From assembly GCA_034670305.1 (NCBI GenBank), contig JAXMNT010000004.1, positions 1 to 64,000 on the forward strand: a stretch of 64,000 nt of DNA, written 5' to 3'. The stretch comes from Deltaproteobacteria bacterium (GTDB lineage Bacteria; Myxococcota_A; Polyangia; Polyangiales; Houyiibacteriaceae). The translations under genes were made by a program, and so were the position numbers. Positions within the stretch are counted from its first letter, which is position 1. The number at the start of each line of letters is the position of its first letter. Shown in pieces: positions 50,830 to 64,000 of this stretch. Under the pieces are notes generated by a model. The model searched no databases. It was not told the origin of the DNA and was given only the letters and a program-made list of their open reading frames with translations.

Positions 50830-52272
50830 CTAGAGCAGTGTTCCTTGTGGGCCGTACTGCGCGAGGTACTTCTTCATCTTCAGCTTCTTCTTCGTCGCGT
50901 CCGAACTCATGTAGCGGACCTTGCCGAAGATCGGACGCTCCGGTCCCCACGCGCGATCGTAGCGGCCGAAGATCCAGCCGATGCTCGCGTAGCTGTTGGG
51001 GTCGCGGCCATCGAGCGCGTAGCGATCGTTGAGCAGCACCAGACGGTCCCACGCCTCCTCGGGCGACGCGCTCCACTCGAGCACCTTCTTGCCCCAAGTC
51101 ATGCGCAGGTAGTTCTGGATGACGCCGGTCTCGAGCAGCTCGCGCTGCGCCGCGTCCCAGACCTCGTCGCCACTCTTCGCCGCTTCGAGGTGTTCGAAGG
51201 ACACGACCGAACGCGCATCGGCGGCGTGCTCCTGGAGCGTCTTGTGCGCCCACGCGGGCAAGCCCTCGAAGGACTCGAAGTGCGGCATGTTGCACGCGCC
51301 GTTGAACGCGAGGTCGCGCCAGGTGCAGAGCTGTTCCAGAAACGCTTCGACCGGTTCGGACAGTCCCCACCACCCTTCCCGCTTCGCGGTGGCCGCCGGC
51401 GCCTTCTTCCGGTTCCAGCCCTTCGACCTTCCGCTGCGCGTGACCGCCTCGAACACCTCGTAGGCACCGATGTGCCCGAAGTGCAGATGCGCGGACAGCG
51501 CGCTGGTGGCTTCGGCGTCTGGGTGTCGGCCGGACGCGTAGTCGGTGAGTCGACTCCGAACGAAACGTTTGAGCCGCGCGCGCGCCTCGACCCAACCTCC
51601 CGTCGCGGCGCGGTCCGGCACCGCAGCGAGTGGCAGCTGCTCGAGCGCCACATCGAGGTTCGCGGGCCACTCCTGGACAACCACCTTGGGCACCACCGCG
51701 CCCCGGGCCTGTTCGAACGAAGGCGCCGCCGCCGGAGGCGCGTAGAGCGCAGGCAACACCTTCTGCAGGTGCCGTCGGAAGTCCACCGCGCGCGCGAAGG
51801 CGCGGTCGGTGTGGCGCATCGGCAAGATGCCGTTGGCGTCGACCGCATCCAAGCGCACGCCGAGGTCGTCGAGCGCTTCGGCCGCGGCATCGAGCATGCG
51901 CGGCAGAAAGAACACCGGGTAGTCGTCGGTCACGACGGCGCACGCGTCCCGCGCCAGTGCTTCGATCAACCCTCGGCCCTCGCCCGGCGCCGGCTCGACG
52001 TACGGGTGGTAGGTCACGCCCGCCACGGCGAATGCCTGCGCGTTGTCGCGCATGCCGTCGATCACGAACGCGTGGAGCCTGCGGCTCGCGTGCGGGTAGG
52101 CGATCCGCAATGGCTCGAGAACCAGCAAAGGCCGACCGACCTCCGCGCTCAAAGCGAGCGCGTGGTCGAGGGCGTGGTTGTGGTGGGGCCGGCGGGCGCT
52201 CGTCATCCAGTAGAGGACGAATGCGCCGTCGCGCAGCGCGCCATCGGTCAAGGTGCGGAGGCGCGTTTGCAC
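50830..52272 (-). CDS. phrB: Deoxyribodipyrimidine photolyase, class II CPD type
   Basis: VLYWM...R..HNHAL, SALSAHLHFGHI, NYLRMTWGKKVLEW, ALDGRDPNSY, ERPIFGKVRYM. Confidence 0.9.
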   Translation of the reverse strand: MQTRLRTLTDGALRDGAFVLYWMTSARRPHHNHALDHALALSAEVGRPLLVLEPLRIAYPHASRRLHAFVIDGMRDNAQAFAVAGVTYHPYVEPAPGEGRGLIEALARDACAVVTDDYPVFFLPRMLDAAAEALDDLGVRLDAVDANGILPMRHTDRAFARAVDFRRHLQKVLPALYAPPAAAPSFEQARGAVVPKVVVQEWPANLDVALEQLPLAAVPDRAATGGWVEARARLKRFVRSRLTDYASGRHPDAEATSALSAHLHFGHIGAYEVFEAVTRSGRSKGWNRKKAPAATAKREGWWGLSEPVEAFLEQLCTWRDLAFNGACNMPHFESFEGLPAWAHKTLQEHAADARSVVSFEHLEAAKSGDEVWDAAQRELLETGVIQNYLRMTWGKKVLEWSASPEEAWDRLVLLNDRYALDGRDPNSYASIGWIFGRYDRAWGPERPIFGKVRYMSSDATKKKLKMKKYLAQYGPQGTLL

Positions 52273-52312
52273 GTCGCGGGTCTAGCAGTTCTTGGGTCCG
52301 GCCGCGACGCGA

Positions 52313-52702
52313 TCACTCGTGTTGAATCGCGTCGTTCGGTGCGCCGAAGACGTGGCGGGCCCAGTACGCGGGCAGCGCGAGGGGCGCTGCGACGAAGAAG
52401 AAGCCCACCCACATCCATCGACCGACGCTGTCGAGTCGAGGGTTGCGAAAGACGCGGGCGACGAACCCGAAGAGCAGCATCAGCGCCCACACGAGGGCGA
52501 TGAACCCGAGCATGTAGGAGATCGGTTGGTCGCCGATGGCGAAGGCCGCCAAAGCCATCGCGCCTGGGGCGAGTGCGACGAGCCCGAGCAGCGCCCGGGT
52601 GTAGCCGCCTTGGTGGCGGACCGCGTGCGGGTCTTCGAGGTGGGCCACGTCCTGCGCTTCGCGCCAGTGGGGAGAGAGGTGCGAGGTATGGGGAATGGTC
52701 AT
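52313..52702 (-). CDS. Hypothetical membrane protein
   Basis: Three TM helices, GAGG RBS. Confidence 0.65.
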   Translation of the reverse strand: MTIPHTSHLSPHWREAQDVAHLEDPHAVRHQGGYTRALLGLVALAPGAMALAAFAIGDQPISYMLGFIALVWALMLLFGFVARVFRNPRLDSVGRWMWVGFFFVAAPLALPAYWARHVFGAPNDAIQHE

Positions 52703-52856
52703 GCCTCAGGTAGTTGCAGGTCCCGTTCCGGTCCTGCGGCCGGGAGAATGCGGGTACATCGCCGCGTATCACCCCGCCCGTGGCGAGACGCCCCGCACAG
52801 TTCGTTGTGCACCGAAGCGGAAGCCGACAGTGGCCGACCGCTGAGAGCCAACGCAC

Positions 52857-53243
52857 TCAGTCGGGTTCGGGACAGAGCGGCAGGGCGAGGACGCGAGAGG
52901 CGAGCGTGGGTTCGCAGCGGACGTAGTCGCGCAGACGCAGGAGCTCGGGCCAGTTGCTCGGCGCGACGACGGTGCGGCCGTCGAGCACGTAACAAGTCTC
53001 TTCCATCGACTCCATGAACGGCGCCTCGGCGCAGACGGTCACGGGGTCGAACCAGCGGACGCAGTCGGCTGGCTCGTCCACTTCGTAGGCCCGAAGATCC
53101 AGGCACACCCCGGCTGGGGCGCAGGTTCTTTCGACGACCCGGCACTCGATGGGTCCGGTGTCCCGCCGCACGCCGGTGTCGGGCGAATCCACCGAGGAGC
53201 CACAACCGATAACGAGCGCTGTCACCAGGAGAAGTCTGGACAC
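52857..53243 (-). CDS. Hypothetical Cys-containing lipoprotein
   Basis: Lipobox VIGC and several further Cys. Confidence 0.6.
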   Translation of the reverse strand: MSRLLLVTALVIGCGSSVDSPDTGVRRDTGPIECRVVERTCAPAGVCLDLRAYEVDEPADCVRWFDPVTVCAEAPFMESMEETCYVLDGRTVVAPSNWPELLRLRDYVRCEPTLASRVLALPLCPEPD

Positions 53244-53286
53244 GGCGCACGAGTATTCGATGGGACCCGAGGACGCCAGCGCGACG

Positions 53287-55326
53287 TCAGGAAATCGGAT
53301 CTTGGCGCAGATCCCGGATGCGCTTCGAGAACCGATGCCCGCCGAACGTGGTCCCCACCGTCCCCAGGCGCCGCAACGCCGGAAGTCCCTCGATCACCGT
53401 GGCATCCGAGCGTCCGAGCGACGCGTGGCAGAGGGTGAGGTCCTCGAGCGTGGGGTGTTCGAGGAACGGTTTCAGCGAGAACGTCTTCTGGTTCAGATCG
53501 AGTCGCAACGAGCGCAAACGGGGCAGAGACGCGATCGCTTCGAGGTCGGCCATACCGCCCCAGATGTGGACGCGCTCCAGGGTCGACATGTCGCGCAGGC
53601 ACTGCGTGTCGTGGAAGAAGCCTTCGAGGATGAACTCGGTGAGCTGGAGTGCTCGCAGGGGTGCCAAGGAGGTGTTGGCGCCTTGGAGGTGAAGCGTCCG
53701 AAGCTGGGCGAGGTGGGCGATGGGTGAGAGATCGCGGACGCTGCGCCCGCCCAGACGAAGCCACTCGAGTCCGCTGGCTTCGCCTATCCCCGCGAGCGTC
53801 TGGATGCGCGAGCCCAAACACGCCAAGTGGGTGAGCTGAGGCGCGACCGGCACCTGTTCGATCCGAACGTCCTCGCAAAAGAGCCGCCGCAGCGCCCGCG
53901 CGTCGGCAAGCGCGGACACCTCTTCGAGCCCGGGCGCGTGAATCAAGTGCAGTGTCTCGAGCCGTTCGAACCGACCGATGCCGCGCAGTGGAATTCGGTA
54001 CCGCTTCTTCCGTGTCTGATGGCCACTCAGCGTGAGCGCTGTGATGCTGTCTCGAAGCGCCGCGCCGCCGACCCGCGCCACCAACAGGCGCAACACGGTC
54101 TCTCGCCGCCAACGTCCCGCGGCGCCGCCATCGAACACGTCGTTCGGCACCAAGACGGGCGCAGGGTCGGGCAAGCAGACGCACGCACCGGGCCCACGCC
54201 AGACCTCCACTCGGGGCGCGAAGCCAGCCCGGACGCCCCCGAGGAGCGCCGCTTCCACCTCCGCGTCGTCGAGCGCCACGGCCAGCTCGACCGCTTGTTC
54301 GGCGGCTTCGTCGCTCTTGAAGAGCCGCTTGAGTTTCTGGACGAGCGCCCGCTTCGCCTGGGGGGCTTTCGGCGCCGCGGCGGCTGCGCGCACGCCCAGC
54401 GGCCGCTGTCGGAGCCGTCTGCCTTGCACGGTGTGGCGAATCGCATCCGGCACCTGGTCGAAGCGCCGCACTCCGCTGCGCTTGAGCTCCAACGACTCGA
54501 GCTCGCTGAGCTTCGAGAGCGCGCCGATGTCGACCACCTTCTTGCAGCCACGCAGGCTGAGCTTCTTCAGCGCAGTGCACGCGGCGACTGGCGACACATC
54601 GACGAGCGCGGAACACTCGTCCAAGCGGAGGCGGGTCAGCGACGTGGGCAGCCCGGCGATCGAGCGCACCTCCACCCCGTGGAGCTTGAGTGTCCGAAGC
54701 GGCGGCGCGGCCCTCCAGTCGAGCGACGCCAACGGCGCATGTCGGATAGAAAGCGTGTGAAGGGCCTCGTGCTTCGCGGACAGCCCCGCGAGCGACTGCA
54801 ACATCGGGGCGTGGTCGATCGTCAGCTGCCGCAACGAACGGAGCGGAGCGAGCCGCTCCAGGTTCACGAGTCCCCGGGCGAGCCAGAGTTTGAGGTAGGT
54901 CAACTCGGTCAGCGTGCCGAACGCGAACGATTCGGGCGCGCGCAGCAGGGTGAGTCGCCGCAGTCCCGAGGGAAGATGGAGCGTGTCGAGCAGCGCCACA
55001 TCGAACTCCAGCACCGCTTCCCGGAGCGTCTCGGGCAACGTCAGCGCGGATGGGGGGGTGTCGCAGCCGAAAGACTTGATCCGAGATTCGCCGAGCTCCG
55101 AGAGGTCGAAGGTCCCGTTTCGCACCACGAGCTTCTCCAACCCAGAGCCCGCGCAGTCCGTGATCCGCTTCGTGCCCGCTGTACCGCGCTCGAGGTGGAG
55201 CTCCCGAATCCGGGGGAAACGTGAGAGTCGCACCACCCGCGCGCTGGTACGGCGGACCCGCACCACCTCCGCGGTGGGGTGGGCCAGCGCGTCCGTCCCG
55301 CCCAAGGCGACCTCCGTCTTCGACAC
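53287..55326 (-). CDS. Leucine-rich repeat protein
   Basis: Repeated LxxLxL (LRRLTLL, LTYLKLW, LRQLTID, LKKLSLRGC, LRTLHLQ) in two blocks. Confidence 0.8.
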   Translation of the reverse strand: MSKTEVALGGTDALAHPTAEVVRVRRTSARVVRLSRFPRIRELHLERGTAGTKRITDCAGSGLEKLVVRNGTFDLSELGESRIKSFGCDTPPSALTLPETLREAVLEFDVALLDTLHLPSGLRRLTLLRAPESFAFGTLTELTYLKLWLARGLVNLERLAPLRSLRQLTIDHAPMLQSLAGLSAKHEALHTLSIRHAPLASLDWRAAPPLRTLKLHGVEVRSIAGLPTSLTRLRLDECSALVDVSPVAACTALKKLSLRGCKKVVDIGALSKLSELESLELKRSGVRRFDQVPDAIRHTVQGRRLRQRPLGVRAAAAAPKAPQAKRALVQKLKRLFKSDEAAEQAVELAVALDDAEVEAALLGGVRAGFAPRVEVWRGPGACVCLPDPAPVLVPNDVFDGGAAGRWRRETVLRLLVARVGGAALRDSITALTLSGHQTRKKRYRIPLRGIGRFERLETLHLIHAPGLEEVSALADARALRRLFCEDVRIEQVPVAPQLTHLACLGSRIQTLAGIGEASGLEWLRLGGRSVRDLSPIAHLAQLRTLHLQGANTSLAPLRALQLTEFILEGFFHDTQCLRDMSTLERVHIWGGMADLEAIASLPRLRSLRLDLNQKTFSLKPFLEHPTLEDLTLCHASLGRSDATVIEGLPALRRLGTVGTTFGGHRFSKRIRDLRQDPIS

Positions 55327-55422
55327 AGACCTTGGTACCGTTTGCGATCCCGGATGTCACCCGAAGTCGCCGGAGTTTGTCACTTCCTACCCAAAGTGGG
55401 TGGGGTGTTCCTACAATGGCCC

Positions 55423-57369
55423 GTGGTCGAACACCCGCCGCAGACCCCGACGCGTCTCGGGCCGTACGAAGTGGTCGACCGCATCGCGGTCGGCGGCATG
55501 GCGGAGGTGTTTCGCGCGAAGGAAGCCCGCGCCGTCGGCGAACCCCGTCTGGTCTGCATCAAACGTATGCTGCCGCACGTCGCTGCGGAGGCCGACGGGC
55601 TCGCGATGTTCGAGGAGGAGGCACGACTCGCCGCGCGGGTGAACCACCCCAACGTCGTCGAACTTCTCGGCGTGGGCACCGCCGAGCAACCCTACCTCGC
55701 GCTCGAGTACGTCCCCGGATGTGATCTGTGGCGGCTCACGCGTTGGCTTGTCCGCGAGGGCCAGCTGCTCGGCATCGGCACGAGCATCTTCACAATCCGA
55801 GAGATGCTCGCCGGGCTCCAAGCCGTTCATGACGCGAAGGGCGACGACGGCGAGCCCCTCGAGATCGTGCATCGCGACGTCAGCCCGTCGAACATTCTGT
55901 TGAGCGTCCACGGCGAGGTGAAGCTCGGCGACTTCGGCATCGCGCAGGCGCGCGTCCAGAGCCTCGCGGGTGTGAGCAATCGAGCCAAGGGCAAACTCGG
56001 CTACCTTGCCCCCGAGCAGGTGGGCGGCGGCGAGATGGGGCCAGCGACGGATGTCTTCGCGGCGTCGGTGATCGCCGCCGAGCTCCTGACCGGGCGGCCG
56101 CTCTTCACCGGCGCGAGCGAACTGGCGATCCTGCTCGCCATTCGGGATGCGAGCATCCAACCGGTGCGGGACTCCGACCTCCCGGAAGAACTTCAGGCCG
56201 TGCTGGCCCGCGGACTCGCTCGAGATCCCGCCGACCGTTTTCCTTCCGCGCATGCGCTCTCGACCGCCCTCGAGCCGTTCCAGTTCGGGGTCGTCAGAGA
56301 CCTGCAAACGCAGCTGGCCACGCTGGTACAGAAGGCATCGGGCTTCGACGTCGACCAACAGCGGACCCCCGCACTCGACGTACACATGCCCGATCCTCGG
56401 TCGCTTCCCACTCCGACCACGATGGATCTCCCGCCCGAGTTCTACGTCGTGACCACGCGCGAGGGTTCGTCCATCGGGACGTTCATCTTCGCTCAGCTCG
56501 TCGAAGCGATCACGACCGGCAAGGTGGGTCCAGACGATCTGGTCTCCACCGGCAGCGGCCCTCCGCAGACCGTGCGCGCACTCCAACCGCTGCTGCAGCA
56601 CCTCCCGATGTCGTCGATGTCGCCGGTCACGCAGGACGCGCGCATCGCGGGCGAACCCGACGCGCGCCGCAACCTCGCGGGCGGCGGCATCGTGCGGGCC
56701 ATCGCAGAGTCGGCGCTGCGCGGCGACAGCGGGCTGTGGCTCTGTGAACACGAAGGTGTCCGCAAAGAGATCTACGTGGCCGGCGGCGAACCCGAGTTCG
56801 TGACGAGCAACGTGGCCAGCGAGATGCTTGGGGAGTACCTGGTGCGGCACTCGGTCATCGCGCGCGGAGAGCTCGACATGGCGCTCGCCGTACTCCCGCG
56901 CCACGACGGACGACTCGGCGACACCCTGGTCGCCCTCGGTTTGATCCAGCCAGTGGATCTGTTCCAACACATCGCCCGACAGGTGCGCGAGCGCATGCTC
57001 GATCTCTTCGTCTGGCAACACGGCACCGCCGAACTCTACCGAGACGTGCCGCCCCCGCCCCGCGGGTTCCCGCTCGGACTCGATGTCTGGGACGTGCTCG
57101 ACGAGGGCATCGGCAAACGTTTGCGCGCCGGGCTCGAGGAGCGGCGCTTCCGAACGCACATGCTCGACTCCCTCGAGCGCATGCGGCAGCTGCCTTCGTT
57201 CGTCGACGAGATGCATCTGCCCCCCGACCTCAGCCGCCTGCTCGACTTGGTCCTCGTCCCAAGCCCGCTCCCGAGCGTCGTCGAAGCCTTCGAGACCCAG
57301 AAGGACCCCGGCAAAGGCTACCGAGTCGTCCTGCTCGCCCTCGCGCTCGAACTCGTCCAGTGGGCGTGA
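55423..57369 (+). CDS. Ser/Thr protein kinase with C-terminal DUF4388-like domain
   Basis: IAVGGMAEVF, IKR, HRDVSPSN, DFG, KGKLGYLAPEQ; C-terminal SN...EMLGEYLV...RLGDTLV. Confidence 0.92.
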   Translation: MVEHPPQTPTRLGPYEVVDRIAVGGMAEVFRAKEARAVGEPRLVCIKRMLPHVAAEADGLAMFEEEARLAARVNHPNVVELLGVGTAEQPYLALEYVPGCDLWRLTRWLVREGQLLGIGTSIFTIREMLAGLQAVHDAKGDDGEPLEIVHRDVSPSNILLSVHGEVKLGDFGIAQARVQSLAGVSNRAKGKLGYLAPEQVGGGEMGPATDVFAASVIAAELLTGRPLFTGASELAILLAIRDASIQPVRDSDLPEELQAVLARGLARDPADRFPSAHALSTALEPFQFGVVRDLQTQLATLVQKASGFDVDQQRTPALDVHMPDPRSLPTPTTMDLPPEFYVVTTREGSSIGTFIFAQLVEAITTGKVGPDDLVSTGSGPPQTVRALQPLLQHLPMSSMSPVTQDARIAGEPDARRNLAGGGIVRAIAESALRGDSGLWLCEHEGVRKEIYVAGGEPEFVTSNVASEMLGEYLVRHSVIARGELDMALAVLPRHDGRLGDTLVALGLIQPVDLFQHIARQVRERMLDLFVWQHGTAELYRDVPPPPRGFPLGLDVWDVLDEGIGKRLRAGLEERRFRTHMLDSLERMRQLPSFVDEMHLPPDLSRLLDLVLVPSPLPSVVEAFETQKDPGKGYRVVLLALALELVQWA

Positions 57370-57385
57370 CCCGAAGCTGACCTAT

Positions 57386-57688
57386 TCGGCGTCGGCATCG
57401 GCGTCGGCATCGGCATCGGCATCGGCATCGGCATCGGCATCGGCATCGGCATCGGCGTCGGCGTCGGCATCGGCATCGGATTCGGCATCGGATTCGGCGT
57501 CGGCACCGGCGTCGGCATCGGCATCGGCATCGGCATCGGCATCGGCATCGGCATCGGCATCGGCATCGGCATCGGCATCGGCATCGGCATCGGCATCGGC
57601 ATCGGCATCGGCTTCGGCTTCGGCTTCGGCTTCGGCATCGGCTTCGGCATCGGCGCCCGCTTCCGCTTCCGGTTCCGGTTCCGCTTCC
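57386..57688 (+). repeat. Intergenic TCGGCN hexamer array, ~50 units, mainly TCGGCA
   Basis: Read directly between the kinase stop and the next start. Confidence 0.95.
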
Positions 57689-57733
57689 GTGGTGGGCGCA
57701 TCGGCGTCCGCTCGCGGGTGGTACCCTCGGCCG

Positions 57734-60823
<3,090 letters not shown>

Positions 60824-60831
60824 ACTCAACG

Positions 60832-61016
60832 TCGGCTTCGGCTTCGGCGTCGGCGTCGGCTTCGGCGTCGGCGCCTCGGCGTCGGCGTCGGCATCGGCCT
60901 CGGCGTCGGCGTCGGCCTCGGCGTCGGCGTCGGCATCGGCGTCGGCGTCGGCATCGGCTTCGGCGTCGGCTTCGGCGTCGGCTTCGGCGTCCGCATCGGC
61001 ATCGGCATCGGCTTCG
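60832..61016 (+). repeat. Intergenic TCGGCN hexamer array, ~30 units
   Basis: Starts 8 nt after TAG 60823. Confidence 0.92.
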
Positions 61017-61045
61017 CGACCGCTTTCGCGCTACCCTTTCGCCGC

Positions 61046-61492
61046 GTGCCCCAGGACCCCGAACTGCTCCGCCGCCTCCTTCGCGCGAAGGACCGGATGA
61101 CTGCGGCCTCCAACGAGGAGTGGCCCGTGCAGCGCCTCGCCCAGGTGAGCGGCGTGTCGACGGCGCATTTCGCGCGGGCGTTCAAGCGCGCGTTCGGCAT
61201 CCCACCGCACCGGTACTTGCTGACGTTGCGGTTGGAGCGCGCCAAGGCGCTGCTCCGGGACTCCGACGCGTCCGTCACGGCGATCGCGTTCGCGTCCGGA
61301 TGGACGAGCCTCGGCACCTTCGGCCGCACGTTTCGGGATGTCGTCGGCGAGAGTCCGACTGGATTCCGTTCGCGCAGCACCGAACTTCCAGAGAAGCTCG
61401 CGCAGGTGCCGGCCTGCGTCGTGCAAGCCGCCACCCGCCCCGACCTCAGAACCGCAGTTTTGGAGAAGCGCCGCCGAGACGGTCTGAGCTAG
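61046..61492 (+). CDS. AraC-family regulator (HTH-only)
   Basis: [28 protein letters not shown]...RLERAKALL...SLGTFGRTF. Confidence 0.92.
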   Translation: MPQDPELLRRLLRAKDRMTAASNEEWPVQRLAQVSGVSTAHFARAFKRAFGIPPHRYLLTLRLERAKALLRDSDASVTAIAFASGWTSLGTFGRTFRDVVGESPTGFRSRSTELPEKLAQVPACVVQAATRPDLRTAVLEKRRRDGLS

Positions 61493-61518
61493 ACCAGCTT
61501 TGAACCACGGAGGTGCCC

Positions 61519-61938
61519 ATGCGGCCAGGAATCGGAATGGTGGGCGTCTTCGTCCACGACCAAGAAGAAGCGCTGACCTTCTACGTCGAGAAGATCGGTT
61601 TCCAAGTACACACGGACGTCCAGAACGGTCCCTTCCGTTGGCTCACCGTGCAGCACGCCGAGCAGCCCGAGTTTCAGCTCGGGCTCTTCGCGCCTGGCGC
61701 CCCGCTGCACGACCCAGACACCGAGCGCGCGCTTCGGGCGTTGGTGGCAAAGGGTGCGATGCCCGCACTGGTACTCCACGTCGTAGACTGCCGTGCCGAG
61801 TATGAGCGACTGCGCGGCGTGGGCGTCGAACTCACCCAAGAACCGATCGAACGATTTGGCAACGTCGACGCCGGCTTCCGCGATCCGTCGGGCAACGGTT
61901 GGAAGATGATCGAGCTCGGTCAGGGGACCGCGTCATGA
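61519..61938 (+). CDS. VOC/glyoxalase family protein
   Basis: VHDQEEALTFYVEKIGF, RWLTV, FRDPSGN; GGAGG RBS. Confidence 0.92.
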   Translation: MRPGIGMVGVFVHDQEEALTFYVEKIGFQVHTDVQNGPFRWLTVQHAEQPEFQLGLFAPGAPLHDPDTERALRALVAKGAMPALVLHVVDCRAEYERLRGVGVELTQEPIERFGNVDAGFRDPSGNGWKMIELGQGTAS

Positions 61939-62201
61939 ACCGGACTGGAAGCGTCAAGATCCGCGCGCTGCATCGATGGTTGTCGATCGGCTTCACACTC
62001 TGCGTGCTCGCGAACTTCGCGGTGATGTCCATCGAGAACGAAACGCTCGGTATGGCCGTGGGCGGGGTGACGCTGCTGCCGCTGGTGTTGCTGATGGGCA
62101 CCGGCCTGTACCTGTTCGCGCTGCCGTACGCGCAGCGTCGAACCGGGGGGCGAGTGAGGTCGTTGGCCGCCGATCCTGAAGGGGACCGACGCCGTTCCTG
62201 A
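61935..62201 (+). CDS. Small two-TM membrane protein
   Basis: [12 protein letters not shown]...[18 protein letters not shown] overlap. Confidence 0.75.
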   Translation: MNRTGSVKIRALHRWLSIGFTLCVLANFAVMSIENETLGMAVGGVTLLPLVLLMGTGLYLFALPYAQRRTGGRVRSLAADPEGDRRRS

Positions 62202-62221
62202 AGCCGGGACCGACGCCGATC

Positions 62222-62392
62222 CCGAAGCCGAAGCCGACCCCGAAGCCGAGGCGACCCCGAAGCCGACGCCGAAGCCAAAGCCAAAGCCAAAGCCGAAGCC
62301 GAAGCCGAAGCCGACGCCGAAGCCGAAGCCGAAGCCGAAGCCGAAGCCGACGCCGAAGCCGAAGCCGAAGCCGAAGCCGAAGCCGAAGCCGG
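62222..62392 (-). repeat. Intergenic TCGGCN hexamer array (GCCGAA on plus strand)
   Basis: Between convergent stops at 62201 and 62413. Confidence 0.9.
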
Positions 62393-62412
62393 ATCGGAAG
62401 CGGTGATGATGT

Positions 62413-62886
62413 TCACTCCGCTCGGAGCGTGTCCTCGAGGCGGGCGTAACTCGCTTCCATGCCGTGCTCCATCCCGGTCGCGAGCATCGCCGCCCGCGTC
62501 GCGGCGTCGGGCAACGTCATGCGCATGGTCATGCGGGTGCCGTCCCCGTCGGCGGCGAAGGTCGTGACGATGTGGTTGTCGGGCGTGGGGTCGGGGAGAT
62601 GCATGCGTTCGACGTGTTCGATGCGGTGCGGGGGATCGATGGCGAGAATCTCACCGGTGAGAGAGAACCCACCGCCCTTCCCGTCCGACCACTCGTAGCG
62701 GATCGCGCCGCCCGCCTTGGCTTCGTGAATGCACACCGGCATCGTCCAACCGTCGGGACCGAGCATCCATTGCCGGATGAGGTCGGGCTCCACGAAAGCG
62801 CGGTAGACCGCGTCCGGTGGGGCGTCGAATCGACGGGTGGCGAGGACGAAGCGGTCCCCGTCGGTCTCCAGTGTGAGCTTGTTCAT
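62413..62886 (-). CDS. SRPBCC/AHSA1 family protein
   Basis: TRRFDAP...VYRAF..PDLIRQW, GMEHGMEASYARL. Confidence 0.9.
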   Translation of the reverse strand: MNKLTLETDGDRFVLATRRFDAPPDAVYRAFVEPDLIRQWMLGPDGWTMPVCIHEAKAGGAIRYEWSDGKGGGFSLTGEILAIDPPHRIEHVERMHLPDPTPDNHIVTTFAADGDGTRMTMRMTLPDAATRAAMLATGMEHGMEASYARLEDTLRAE

Positions 62887-63233
62887 GTGCCCTGCTTCTC
62901 CGCTTTCTGTTTCTGTTGCGCCAAGAGCCGATCGAGGCGCCGGTAGTTCTTCGCCATCGCCTTCCGGAGCATCCCCAGATACGCATCGAGTTCCGTCAGC
63001 CCCTCGGGCGCGAGGCGGCAAGGACGTTTGGTTCCGTCGACGCGCTGAACCACGAGCCCGGCGTTCGTGAGCACCCGGATGTGGCGGGAGATGGCCGGCT
63101 GGGAAATCGTGAACGGCGCGGCAAGCTCCCCGACGGTCGCCTCCCCCTGCGCGAGCCGCGCGAGAATCGATCGCCTCGTGGGGTCCGCGAGCGCCGCAAA
63201 CGTGCTGTCGAGTGAGCCGGCTGCCATGGCCAT
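62883..63233 (-). CDS. ArsR/SmtB family regulator
   Basis: FAALADPTRRSIL..L..GEATVGELA.PF.ISQPAISRH. Confidence 0.93.
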   Translation of the reverse strand: MAMAAGSLDSTFAALADPTRRSILARLAQGEATVGELAAPFTISQPAISRHIRVLTNAGLVVQRVDGTKRPCRLAPEGLTELDAYLGMLRKAMAKNYRRLDRLLAQQKQKAEKQGT

Positions 63234-63272
63234 TCAATAACATATTCTTTATATAACGCAATCATAATGTTC
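63234..63272 (-). promoter_or_regulatory. AT-rich promoter/operator of the arsR-SRPBCC operon
   Basis: Minus strand TTGCGT then TATATAAAGAATATGTTATTGA directly before ATG; TTATATAA palindrome. Confidence 0.45.
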
Positions 63273-63457
63273 AATCGAGAGCCGTCGTACGCCGATGGCT
63301 GCGTGCGGGATCCGCCCTCACCGCCCCGCAAAACGACCCGCCGTGTGGGTGTCCGCGACGGCCCCTCGGCTTGACGCGATGCGACATGCGCGAGTATGCC
63401 GCCGAGCGTCGTGGACCCGAGGTTCGCGACGTTTCCCCACCCCATAGAGGAGTGCGA

Positions 63458-64000
63458 ATGCCCACGGTGAAGGTTCTCGTCTCGGACAAGTTGAGCGAGG
63501 CGGGTCTGCAGGTTCTTCGCGAGGCCTCGGACGTCGAGGTCGAAGTCAAGACGGGCCTGTCGGAAGACGAGCTCTGTGCCCTCATCGGCGAGTTCGATGG
63601 TCTGATCATCCGCAGCGGCACCACGGTCACACCGAAGGTGCTCGAGGCCGCGCATGCCCTGAAGTGTGTGGGCCGCGCGGGCATCGGCGTGGACAACGTC
63701 GACCTGGTCGCCGCCAGCAAGAAGGGCGTGGTCGTCATGAACACGCCCCTCGGCAACGCCGTGACGACGGCGGAGCATGCGCTCTCGCTGCTCTCTTCCC
63801 TCGCCCGGAACATTCCGCAGGCCAACGCCGCCATGAAGGCCGGCCAGTGGGAGAAGAAGAAGTACGGCCAGGGCGTCGAGAAGTGGCAAAAGACGCTCGG
63901 CATCGTCGGGCTCGGCAACATCGGCAAGATCGTCGCGGACCGTGCCCAGGGTCTGAAGATGAAGGTCATCGCCGCCGACCCGGTCCTCTCGGAAGAAGAA
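63458..64000 (+). CDS. serA: D-3-phosphoglycerate dehydrogenase, 5' part (runs off the window; absent from the ORF track)
   Basis: GAGGAG RBS; MPTVKVLVSDKL...GLIIRSGT...GRAGIGVDNVD...VMNTPLGNAVTTAEHA...KTLGIVGLGNIG. Confidence 0.93.
   Translation, partial: MPTVKVLVSDKLSEAGLQVLREASDVEVEVKTGLSEDELCALIGEFDGLIIRSGTTVTPKVLEAAHALKCVGRAGIGVDNVDLVAASKKGVVVMNTPLGNAVTTAEHALSLLSSLARNIPQANAAMKAGQWEKKKYGQGVEKWQKTLGIVGLGNIGKIVADRAQGLKMKVIAADPVLSEEE

Noticed and set aside
53287-57369. LRR protein plus kinase as an immune/defence module
   Set aside because: Divergent neighbours with no NTPase, TIR or effector domain; both families are common in myxobacteria
57083-57733. N-terminal (SA)n extension of the 1246-aa ORF
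   Set aside because: Overlaps the kinase gene; the signal peptide starts at ATG 57734; hexamer arrays simply lack stop codons

Overview
GC-rich bacterial chromosomal window; the gene content (MXAN_5187-type C-terminus, MopE-like Cys-repeat protein, Ser/Thr kinase, TPR-PEGA protein) points to a myxobacterium, probably Polyangiales/Sandaracinaceae-like (inference). Its core is a ~15 kb minus-strand respiratory operon encoding alternative complex III (actA-B-C-D-E-F), a membrane protein, SCO and an A2-type caa3-like cytochrome c oxidase (subunits II, I, III, IV). Subunit II carries unusual Cys-rich inserts and a lengthened CuA ligand loop. Also present: RNase P RNA (rnpB), a coupled beta-barrel-like protein plus 13-heme cytochrome c pair, TlpA/DsbA, a GlnR-like atypical regulator with pdxA, an Opp/Dpp-type ABC module without ATPase genes, asnS, pgsA, lipid-modification genes, a class II photolyase, an LRR protein, AraC/VOC, ArsR/SRPBCC and the start of serA. 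No transposase, integrase, phage gene, CRISPR array, tRNA or rRNA was recognised. Six intergenic TCGGCN hexamer arrays directly follow stop codons with consistent polarity. Family calls are from motif recognition by eye, not database searches.
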